This document shows positions 54,906-64,000 of a stretch of DNA of 64,000 bases, piece after piece (position 1 is the first letter of the stretch; each line of letters starts with the position of its first letter). The position numbers and the translations under genes are program-made. The stretch comes from Thermoanaerobaculia bacterium. Lineage in GTDB: Bacteria; Acidobacteriota; Thermoanaerobaculia; Multivoradales; Multivoraceae. The DNA is taken from positions 2,336,001 through 2,400,000 of the forward strand of contig OY762911.1 of assembly GCA_963666565.1 (NCBI GenBank), given 5' to 3'. The notes beneath the pieces are model-generated. The model saw nothing but the letters and a program-made list of their open reading frames with translations, ran no database searches and was not told the origin of the DNA.

Positions 54906-56483
54906 CTACTCGGCGTCTTGCCCGGCGCCGCCCGAGGTGCGCAGGATGAACTCGTCGAGCGTCTCCTTCCACTGCGGGAGCAGCGACTGTTCCACGTACA
55001 TCATGTGCCCGGCGGCGAAGTCCTCGCGCTGGATGTTCGCTCTGAGTTCCGGCGGCAGGCCCATGTGGTCCATCGTCCAGACCGCCGCGAAGTAGGGCGT
55101 CGCCAGGTCGTACAGGCCGTTGATCAGCAGCACTTCGAGCGCCGGATTCCTGCGCATGGCGGCGGCCAGGTCGGGGGCGACGTTGGGCGTGCCGTCGCCG
55201 CGCGAGAAGCGTCCCGCGTTCACCCGCCCCCAGTTCCAGTCGCGGACGGCGCCGCTCGGGACGTACTCCCGGTCGCCGTCGTAGCCGAGCTCGCTCCGCA
55301 GGTAGCCGTTGAACGCCGACGTGTAGGCCGAGCTGATCGCCGTCGACTGCGGATCGTGGGACGGCCGCGTCCCCAGCGCGTCTCCGGCCGGGCCGGTGAA
55401 GCGGGCGTCCAGTCGGCCGACGATCTTCCCTTCGTCGCGCAGCAGCTCGGCCTCGAAGGCTGGCGCGGTCACCCGCAGGTCCGACTTGTCGATGAAGTCG
55501 CGCGAGAGCCCGGTGTAGCGGTGCATGCGGTCGACCACCCGGGCGCGGGTGTCCGCGTCGAGCGTGCTGCCCCGAAGCAGGGCGGTGGCGTACTCGGTGA
55601 GCGCCCATTCCTCCACCTCGGCCATCAGGGTTTCGAGGTCCGCCGGGTTGCCCGCCGGCAGCGCGTCCAGGTAGCGGGCGGCGACGGCGTAGGACGGCAG
55701 GTTGACGATGTAGGCGACGTCGTCGCCGGGCGCGAACTGGATCGTGTTGAACTGCAGGACCGACGAGACGAGGACGATGCCGTTCAGGTCGATGTTGGCG
55801 CGCTGCAGGCGGCCGGCGAGCACCGCCGACCGGGTCGTGCCGTAGCTCTCGCCGAGCAGGTAGCGCGGCGAGTTCCAGCGGTCGTGCTTGCTGAGGAACC
55901 GCCGGACGAACTGGGCGAGCGACTTCGCGTCCTCGTCGATGCCCCAGTAGTCGGAACCCGGCGTCTCGCCCAGGGTGTGGCTGAAGCCGGTGCCTACGGG
56001 ATCGACCATCACGATGTCGGCGATGTCGAGGATGGTCCAGGCGTTGTCCTCCAGCGGGTAGGGCGGCGCCCCCTGCGGGCCGACGTCCGGGGTCACGACG
56101 CGCCGCGGCCCCATGATCCCCATGTGCAGCCAGAAGGACGCCGAGCCGGGGCCGCCGTTGTAGGAGAACACCAGGGGGCGCGTCCCCGCCGGCGCGCCGT
56201 TCGTGCGGAAGTACGCCGTGTACCAGAGTTGCGCGGCCGGGGCGCCGTCGTCGTTGTCGAGCTGGATGCCGGTGACGACGGCGTCGTACTCGACCGTCTC
56301 GCCGCCGACGTCGATCGAGTGGCTGGTCTCCCAGCGGCCGGGCGGAGGAGGCGCCTTGGCGGCGGCCGGAGCGCCGTCGCCCTCCTCGGCGCGGGTCGGG
56401 GCAGCCGCGGCCAGGGCGACGAGGCAGGTCAGGACGAGGGCCGGTCTGGCGGCGGCAAGTGGCGGAAAGGCGGAGAACTTCAT
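54906..56483 (-). CDS. Secreted S10 serine carboxypeptidase
   Basis: NGGPGSAS, DPVGTGFS, GESYG, YDLATP, GHMMY motifs; TACAAT 6 nt upstream of the ATG. Confidence 0.9.
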   Translation of the reverse strand: MKFSAFPPLAAARPALVLTCLVALAAAAPTRAEEGDGAPAAAKAPPPPGRWETSHSIDVGGETVEYDAVVTGIQLDNDDGAPAAQLWYTAYFRTNGAPAGTRPLVFSYNGGPGSASFWLHMGIMGPRRVVTPDVGPQGAPPYPLEDNAWTILDIADIVMVDPVGTGFSHTLGETPGSDYWGIDEDAKSLAQFVRRFLSKHDRWNSPRYLLGESYGTTRSAVLAGRLQRANIDLNGIVLVSSVLQFNTIQFAPGDDVAYIVNLPSYAVAARYLDALPAGNPADLETLMAEVEEWALTEYATALLRGSTLDADTRARVVDRMHRYTGLSRDFIDKSDLRVTAPAFEAELLRDEGKIVGRLDARFTGPAGDALGTRPSHDPQSTAISSAYTSAFNGYLRSELGYDGDREYVPSGAVRDWNWGRVNAGRFSRGDGTPNVAPDLAAAMRRNPALEVLLINGLYDLATPYFAAVWTMDHMGLPPELRANIQREDFAAGHMMYVEQSLLPQWKETLDEFILRTSGGAGQDAE

Positions 56484-56550
56484 CGCGCTATTGTAGACAG
56501 CGAGCTACGGCAGGCGCCGCCGGCGGGCGGCGGACCACGAGGGAGGATCC

Positions 56551-57576
56551 ATGAGAGACGCTCTTCGACTGACGATTCGTTCCGCGCTCGCCGCGGCCAC
56601 CGTGTTCGCGGCGGCTTCGCTTCCGGCGCAGGACTGGACCGTCACGACCGACACCCACCGGTTCATGCAGGTCCGCAACGGCATCTGGCTGACCCAGACG
56701 ACGGCCCAGGTGTTCAACAGCAACGCGCTCGTCATCGTCAACTACGAGGACGTCGTCGTCGTGGATTCCCACGTGACGCCGGCCAAGGCGCGCGACCTGA
56801 TCGCCTCGATTCCGGCGATCACGAACAAGCCGGTGACCGCCGTCGTCAACTCGCACTTCCACTGGGATCACGCGCACGGCAACCAGGAGTTCGCGGACGT
56901 GCCGATCATCGGCCACGAGTACACGCGGATGAAAATGGCGACGGCGCCGCTCGACGAGCCGACCTACGTGCAGGGGACGACCGGCAACGCGGCGACGCTG
57001 GAGCGGCTCGCCGAACAGATCGAGGCGGCCGAGGACGACGAGGAGCGCGAGGGGCTCGAAACGTACCGCGCGATGTTCGCCGTCCACGCCGCGGACTTCG
57101 ACGAGATCGACCCGCTGCCGCCCGACGTGACGATGAACGAGAAGATGATCCTGTTCCGGGGCGGCCGGGAGATCCGGATCGTCTTCGTGGGCCGCGCCCA
57201 CACCGGCGGCGACGTCGTCGTCCACTTCCCGCAGGACAGGCTCGTCTTCACCGGCGACATCCTCTTCGGCGGTCCGTCGTTCATGGGCGACGGCTACGTC
57301 GACGAGTGGGCCGAGACGCTGGAAAACCTGAAGGCGCTCGACTTCGACATCGTCGTGCCCGGGCACGGCCCGCCGTTGACCGACCTGAGCGCCATCGAGA
57401 AGTCGCAGGAGTACTACCGCGTCCTGTGGGAGCGGACGGCGGAAATGCGCGCGGCCGGGACGCCCGCCGAGGAGGTGTCCGGCACGCTCGACCTTTCCGA
57501 CACGGCGTTTCCGCAACGGCAGCCCTCCGAAGTGGAGGTGCGGCGGATGTACCACCGCATGGAGAACCCGGACTGA
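56551..57576 (+). CDS. Exported MBL-fold metallohydrolase
   Basis: Shine-Dalgarno GGAGG; SHFHWDH, AHTGGD, GD, PGHG motifs. Confidence 0.88.
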   Translation: MRDALRLTIRSALAAATVFAAASLPAQDWTVTTDTHRFMQVRNGIWLTQTTAQVFNSNALVIVNYEDVVVVDSHVTPAKARDLIASIPAITNKPVTAVVNSHFHWDHAHGNQEFADVPIIGHEYTRMKMATAPLDEPTYVQGTTGNAATLERLAEQIEAAEDDEEREGLETYRAMFAVHAADFDEIDPLPPDVTMNEKMILFRGGREIRIVFVGRAHTGGDVVVHFPQDRLVFTGDILFGGPSFMGDGYVDEWAETLENLKALDFDIVVPGHGPPLTDLSAIEKSQEYYRVLWERTAEMRAAGTPAEEVSGTLDLSDTAFPQRQPSEVEVRRMYHRMENPD

Positions 57577-57800
57577 AACCGCCACGCCATCCCCGTTTCC
57601 TGCCGCGCACCCGCGACGGCTGGATCGCCATGATCGCCTTCGGGGCGATCTTCCTCCTCGCGGTGCCGCCCGTGTCCCACACGCTGCTGAACCGGATCGA
57701 GCCGAGCGTCCTCGGCCTGCCGTTCCTCTACCTGGCCCTCTTCGCCGTCTACGTTGCGCTGATCGCGGTGCTGATCTGGGCGTATCGCCGCGGCGTATGA
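57573..57800 (+). CDS. Small two-TM accessory protein of a solute symporter
   Basis: NRIEP.VLGLPF motif; lies just before the symporter; CTG at a CTGA overlap with GGAG upstream (alternative ATG 57630). Confidence 0.65.
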   Translation: MKPPRHPRFLPRTRDGWIAMIAFGAIFLLAVPPVSHTLLNRIEPSVLGLPFLYLALFAVYVALIAVLIWAYRRGV

Positions 57801-57841
57801 CGCCGTTTCCCTCGTTCGTCTCCCCAATCTGAGGATCGCCG

Positions 57842-59353
57842 ATGGAAACCTGGGTCGTCGCCACGAGCCTGATCGGCATCTACCTGCTGATCACCCTCGG
57901 CGTAGCCGTCGTCGCCAACCGTCACATGACGGTCGACATGGAGGACTTCCTCCTGTGCGGGCGGCGCACCGGCTTCGTCGTTCTCTACCTGACCGTCGTC
58001 GCCACCTACCATTCCGCGTTCGCGTTCCTGGGCTCCGGCGGCTTCTTCTTCACCCACGGCGTCGGTTTCTGGGCGGCGGGCGTGTGGACGCTGCTGGTCG
58101 GCGCCGCAACCTACGTCATCGGGACCCGCATCTGGGCGCTGGGCAAGGCGTTCGGCTACATCACGCCGGCCGACCTGCTGGCCGACTTCTACGAGTCCGA
58201 GGCGGTGCGAGCCGCGGTCGCGGTCGTCTCCGTGCTGTTCACGATCCTCTACATCCAGGTCCAGGCGCTTGCCCTCGGCTACATCATGGACGTGGCGACG
58301 GACGGCCGCATCCGTTTCGAGGTCGGCGTGCTGATCATGCTGACGGTCGCCGTCGTCCACCTGATGGTCGGCGGCCTGCGCGCCGTCTACTGGACGGACG
58401 TGTTCCAGGGCGCGTGGATGTACGTCGCGATCTGGGCCGGCGCGCTCGTTCTCTCGTTCGAGCTCTTCGGCGGCCCGGTCGAACTCTGGCAGCGGGTGAC
58501 GAGCGAGCGGCCCGACATGCTGACCCTGCCCGGTCCCGAGGGCTTCTTCACGCCCGGCATGTGGGTCGGGATGGTCCTCACGCTGTCGTTCGGGATCATC
58601 TTCCAGCCCCACATGATGATCCGCTACTACACGGCGGTGGACGGCAAGACGCTCAAGCTGCTCGGCGCGACGACGCCGATCTACCTGATGACGCTGTACA
58701 TCCCGGCGGCGCTGGTCGGCTTGGGCGGAGCGCTGGTCATGCCGGAGCTGGAGCGCGCGGACCGCATCTTCCCCGAGCTGCTCTTCCAGTACGCGCCGGC
58801 GTGGCTGACGGGCATCATCCTGGCCGGCGCCGCGGCGGCCGCCATGTCCACTCTGGACTCCATCCTGCACGCGAACATGACCGTGCTCACCCGCGACGTG
58901 TACCAGCGTCACATCGCGCGCGGGAAGAGCCAGGCGCACTACGTGTTCGTCGGTCGCGCGATCGTCTTCGCGCTGCTGGGGGTGGCCTTCGCGCTCTCGA
59001 TCACGGAGAGCGACCTGCTGGTGGCGATCGTCACGCTGTCCGGGGCGGGGGCGCTGCAGCTCATGCCGGCGATCGTCGGGGTCTGTTTCCCGGGCCGGCG
59101 CTCGCTCAGCCGGGCGGGAGTCCTCGCCGGCCTGGGCGCCGGGTTGTTCGTTCTGGCGCTGACGCTGCCGCTGAACCTGGGCTTCGCCCTGCCCTGGGGC
59201 GCCCATCCGCTGGGCATGCACGGCGGCGTCTGGGGGCTCCTGGCCAACACGCTGGTCGCCCTTGCCGTGTCCGCCTTCACGCCCGGCCCCTCCCGCGAGA
59301 CGGTGGCCCGCGTCCACGGCGAAGTCGAGCGCTTCGTCTACGGCAAGGAGTAA
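57842..59353 (+). CDS. Sodium:solute symporter
   Basis: Many TM helices; GGLRAVYWTDVFQG, AAAMSTLDS motifs. Confidence 0.92.
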   Translation: METWVVATSLIGIYLLITLGVAVVANRHMTVDMEDFLLCGRRTGFVVLYLTVVATYHSAFAFLGSGGFFFTHGVGFWAAGVWTLLVGAATYVIGTRIWALGKAFGYITPADLLADFYESEAVRAAVAVVSVLFTILYIQVQALALGYIMDVATDGRIRFEVGVLIMLTVAVVHLMVGGLRAVYWTDVFQGAWMYVAIWAGALVLSFELFGGPVELWQRVTSERPDMLTLPGPEGFFTPGMWVGMVLTLSFGIIFQPHMMIRYYTAVDGKTLKLLGATTPIYLMTLYIPAALVGLGGALVMPELERADRIFPELLFQYAPAWLTGIILAGAAAAAMSTLDSILHANMTVLTRDVYQRHIARGKSQAHYVFVGRAIVFALLGVAFALSITESDLLVAIVTLSGAGALQLMPAIVGVCFPGRRSLSRAGVLAGLGAGLFVLALTLPLNLGFALPWGAHPLGMHGGVWGLLANTLVALAVSAFTPGPSRETVARVHGEVERFVYGKE

Positions 59354-59363
59354 TCGACCCGCC

Positions 59364-59432
59364 GGGTGCGCGGGTCTTTCTGACCCGCTGCCGCCGAAGG
59401 CGGCCAGGAAGCGCGCCGGCCTTGGGCCGGCG
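59364..59432. repeat. REP core plus arm
   Basis: GGGTGCGCGGGTCTTTCTGACCCGC, GCCGCCGAAGGCGGC, GCCGGCCTTGGGCCGGC. Confidence 0.88.
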
Positions 59433-59500
59433 ACCTTCACGCGCCCGCCGCCCTGCAAGCTGGACGGAAGTCGCCCCCCTGTGCGATTCTCCGCAGTCCA

Positions 59501-60583
59501 ATGAAGCGCATCGGCATCAGCACCGGCGGCGGCGACGCGCCCGGCCTCAACGCGGTCATCCGTGCCGTCACCCTCGCCTCCATTCGCCGCGGCTGGGAAG
59601 TCGTCGGCCTCCTGCGCGGTTACGGCGCCTTCTTCGACCCCGGCCAGGTCCGCATCCTCGACCGGGACGCCGTCCGCGGCACGACCCACCTCGGCGGCAC
59701 GATCCTCGGCACCCGCAGCGGCGCCAACCCCTTCGAGCGAAAGGTCGAGCAGGAGGACGGCTCGGTCGTGGTCGAGGACCTGATGGAAGAAGCCGTGGAG
59801 GGGTTCCACCGGCTCGGACTCGATGCACTCGTGTCGGTGGGCGGCGACGGCTCCATGCGGCTCGCGCTCAAGCTGCACAAGCACGGCATACCCGTGGTCG
59901 GCGTGCCGAAGACGATCGACAACGACCTCGCCGGCACGAACGTCACGTTCGGCTTCCACACCGCCGTCGACGTCGCCACGGCGGCCATCGAGCGGCTGCA
60001 CTCCACCGCGGACGCGCACGACCGCATCTTCGTCGTCGAGCTGATGGGCCGTTACGCCGGCTGGATCGCCCTGTTCGCCGGCGTCGCGGCGACGGCCCAG
60101 GTCATCCTGATCCCGGAGATTCCGTACGACATCGAGCACGTTTGCGACCACCTGATGGCGCGAGAGCGCCGGGGCAGGCACTCGGCGGTCGTCGTGGCCG
60201 CCGAGGGCGCCCGGCCGGTCGGCGGCGACTTCACCTGGGCCAAGGGCGCCGGCGGCAGCGCCGGCGAGCGCCTGGGCGGTGTCGCCGAGCGCGTGGCGAC
60301 CCAGATCCACGAGCGGACCGTCAAGGAAACCCGCACCGTCACCCTGGGCCACCTCCAGCGCGGCGGCCAGCCGATCCCCTACGACCGCCTGATCGCCCTG
60401 CGCTTCGGTGCCGCCGCCGTCCGCCAGATCGAAGTCGGCGAGTTCGGCGTCATGGTGTCGCTCGACCCGCCGAACGTCCGCGCCGTGCCGCTGGAACTCG
60501 CCGTCAGCCGGATGAAGAGCGTCCCCCTCGAAGCCGACGTCGTCGCCACCGCCCGCGACCTCGGCATCTGCCTCGGCGAGTAG
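59501..60583 (+). CDS. pfkA: 6-phosphofructokinase
   Basis: GGGDAPGLN, GGDGS, PKTIDND, MGR, LGHLQRGG motifs. Confidence 0.93.
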   Translation: MKRIGISTGGGDAPGLNAVIRAVTLASIRRGWEVVGLLRGYGAFFDPGQVRILDRDAVRGTTHLGGTILGTRSGANPFERKVEQEDGSVVVEDLMEEAVEGFHRLGLDALVSVGGDGSMRLALKLHKHGIPVVGVPKTIDNDLAGTNVTFGFHTAVDVATAAIERLHSTADAHDRIFVVELMGRYAGWIALFAGVAATAQVILIPEIPYDIEHVCDHLMARERRGRHSAVVVAAEGARPVGGDFTWAKGAGGSAGERLGGVAERVATQIHERTVKETRTVTLGHLQRGGQPIPYDRLIALRFGAAAVRQIEVGEFGVMVSLDPPNVRAVPLELAVSRMKSVPLEADVVATARDLGICLGE

Positions 60584-60628
60584 ACACCAGGAAATCTCGA
60601 CGGCTGTCGACGAGATTTCCTGGTATCT
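60582..60628. repeat. 18-bp inverted repeat
   Basis: AGACACCAGGAAATCTCG / CGAGATTTCCTGGTATCT with one mismatch. Confidence 0.8.
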
Positions 60629-60693
60629 GCCCGTTCCCGGCGCCAGAGAACATGGGCGCCGTGGCGGTCCGACTCCGGTAGCGTAGCCGCGTC

Positions 60694-60923
60694 ATGACGA
60701 CCGCGACCTTCGATACCTTGGCCACGGCCCGCAAGCTCGAAGACGCGGGCCTGAACACCGTTCAAGCCGAGGCGGTCACCGAGGCTATCCGTGCAACCGT
60801 AACGGAGGGCATCGCGACGAAGGCGGACCTGGAGCACTGCGCGCAGACCTCACCTGGCGCATGGTCCTGATCGTCGGTGCGTTGTTGACTCTGGCGACCG
60901 CGCTCGACCGCCTGCTCGGTTGA
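60694..60923 (+). pseudogene. DUF1640-like small protein with a frameshift
   Basis: MTTATFDTLATARKLEDAG...ATKADLE continues in another frame as ALRADLTWRMVLIVGALLTLATALDRLLG. Confidence 0.7.
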
Positions 60924-61002
60924 GCCGCCGGTCGACAGTACGCGCGTTCGGAGAGCGTCCCCATGGCGGTCGCGTTCCCCAGCGGTGGCGGGATACCCAT
61001 CT

Positions 61003-62477
<1,475 letters not shown>

Positions 62478-62481
<4 letters not shown>

Positions 62482-62792
62482 GATGCGGCCTCGCCGTCCG
62501 CGCCTGCCTTCGGCTCCTGCTTCTTGAACATCCGCAGCATGCGGTCCGTGATCCAGAAGCCGCCGACGACGTTGATTGTCGCGCACAGCACGGCGATCGC
62601 GCCGAGCACGGTGCTCACGTCGTTGTAGTGCGCGCCGGCCGCGACCAGCGAGCCGACCAGCGAGATGCCGGAAATGGCGTTCGTGAAGGCCATCAGCGGG
62701 GTGTGGAGCAGGGCGGGCACACCCTTGATCACGCCGTAGCCGACGAACGCGGCGAGCATGAAGATGTACAGCCCCAGGAAGATCTCAAGCAT
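62478..62792 (-). CDS. pntA: NAD(P) transhydrogenase alpha subunit, membrane part
   Basis: VPALLHTPLM..TNAISG, NVVGGF.ITDRML.MF motifs. Confidence 0.93.
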
Positions 62793-62934
62793 CTGGACTC
62801 TCCTCCCGGCGCGAACTGCGCCGGGGATCTGCGGCGCCGAACCGGGCGGTGCGAGTTCGGCGGCGCTGCTTCATGGGTGGGGTGGGGATGGCCGACTCCA
62901 CAACCGCGAGAAGCCTGACGTTCTGCCGGCCGGG

Positions 62935-63999
62935 TCAGGCGATGGCTTCGGCGACCTGTTCGTCGACGATCTCGCCGTCGTGGGTTACCACGCAACCCTT
63001 GACGATCTCGTTTTCGAAGTCGAAGCTCAACTCGCCGTCGACGAGCAGGTAGAGCACGAGCTTCTCGGCGTTGCGCGAGAACATGCGGCTGGCGTCGGCG
63101 GCGAGGTCGCTGGCCAGGTTGAGCGGGCCGAGGATCGTGACGCCGCTCACGTTGACCTCCTCCCCTGGCTTCGTCAGTTCGCAGTTGCCGCCTTGTTCGG
63201 CGGCCAGATCGACGATCAGCGAACCGTGCGGCATGCCCTCGACCATCCCGGCGGTGATCAGCCTGGGCGCCGGGCGACCCGGGATCAGCGCCGTGGTGAT
63301 GCAGGCGTCGGTCGAGCGCAGCCGCTCGGCGATCGCTTCGTTCGCCCGCCGCTGACTCTCCTCCGAGACCTCGCGGGCGTAGCCGCCCTCGGTCTCGGCG
63401 TCCTCGATCGCCGGCACCTCGACGAAGGAGGCGCCCAGGCTCTCGACCTGCTCCTTGACCACGGCGCGCACGTCGTAGGCCTCGACCACCGCGCCCAGCC
63501 GGTGCGCCGTGGCGATGGCCTGCAGTCCGGCGACGCCGGCGCCGAGCACCAGGATCCGGGCCGGGTCGATGCGCCCGGCGGCGGTCATCAGCAGCGGGAA
63601 GAACTGCGGCAGGCGGTAGGCGGCGAGCACCGCGGCGCGGTAGCCGGCGACGGTGCTCTGGGAACTCAGGACGTCCATCGACTGCGCGAGCGTGACGCGG
63701 GGAATCCGGTCGAGGGCGATCGCGGTGAGCCGCGCGGAACGGAGCTGCCGCACCATCGCCGCCGCGGTCAGCGGAAAGAGCAGGCCGACGACCGCCGCTC
63801 CCGCCTTCGACGCCTCGATCTCCGTGGCATCCGGCGCCTGGACGCGGACCACGAGATCGGCCGACGAGAGCACGTCCCCCGCCGTCGCGGCGATCTCGGC
63901 GCCGGCTTCGCGGTACGCGTCGTCGCTGAAACCGGCTGCCGCGCCGGCGCCCGCTTCGATCAGGAAGTCGACGCCCCTGGCGTGAATTCGGGCGACGCT
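62935..63999 (-). CDS. pntA: NAD(P) transhydrogenase alpha subunit, NAD-binding part; 5'-truncated
   Basis: AQSMDVLSSQ, GAGVAGLQAI, GGYA, TTALIPGRPAP, GGNCE; frame open to the window edge. Confidence 0.95.
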   Translation of the reverse strand, partial: SVARIHARGVDFLIEAGAGAAAGFSDDAYREAGAEIAATAGDVLSSADLVVRVQAPDATEIEASKAGAAVVGLLFPLTAAAMVRQLRSARLTAIALDRIPRVTLAQSMDVLSSQSTVAGYRAAVLAAYRLPQFFPLLMTAAGRIDPARILVLGAGVAGLQAIATAHRLGAVVEAYDVRAVVKEQVESLGASFVEVPAIEDAETEGGYAREVSEESQRRANEAIAERLRSTDACITTALIPGRPAPRLITAGMVEGMPHGSLIVDLAAEQGGNCELTKPGEEVNVSGVTILGPLNLASDLAADASRMFSRNAEKLVLYLLVDGELSFDFENEIVKGCVVTHDGEIVDEQVAEAIA

Positions 64000-64000
64000 C

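Noticed and set aside
62793-62934. ncRNA between the pntA parts
   Set aside because: Only GC-rich hairpins expected by chance; no family motif recognised.

Overview
Very GC-rich bacterial DNA. The gene content (Acidobacteria-type VWA proteins, CRTAC1/FG-GAP and TPR proteins, DUF1552/DUF1592, plant-like LRRs) suggests Acidobacteriota, possibly a Thermoanaerobaculia-like sponge symbiont; this is inference. Most long ORFs in the track are GC-rich shadow ORFs, and about 45 genes look real. Layout: (1) 1-4.6 kb, two zinc metallopeptidases ending in tandem copies of an unnamed Cys-containing domain. (2) 4.7-37.3 kb, a large cluster of exported proteins: DUF3179, two Thr-nucleophile sulfatase-like/TPR lipoproteins, three VWA proteins, a transglutaminase-TPR lipoprotein, a sigma54-driven TonB-dependent receptor, three TPR and three CRTAC1 proteins, plus a decarboxylase. 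(3) Three toxin-antitoxin-like islets: orphan Panacea plus an RHH/2-TM pair; Xre-RES plus a free Rhs-like tip and immunity gene; FitA-VapC plus a YHGYP protein with a motif-dead IrrE-like partner. (4) Metabolic genes: glycerate kinase, eno, PQQ dehydrogenase, S10 peptidase, Na+ symporter, pfkA, pntAB. A palindromic REP/REPIN-like element (GGGTGCGCGGGTCTTCYGACCCGC) occurs more than 20 times at 13 loci and overlaps coding sequence at four. Other signals are CTG starts at CTGA overlaps and many apparently leaderless genes. No rRNA, tRNA or CRISPR array was seen. Family calls come from motif recognition, not database searches.
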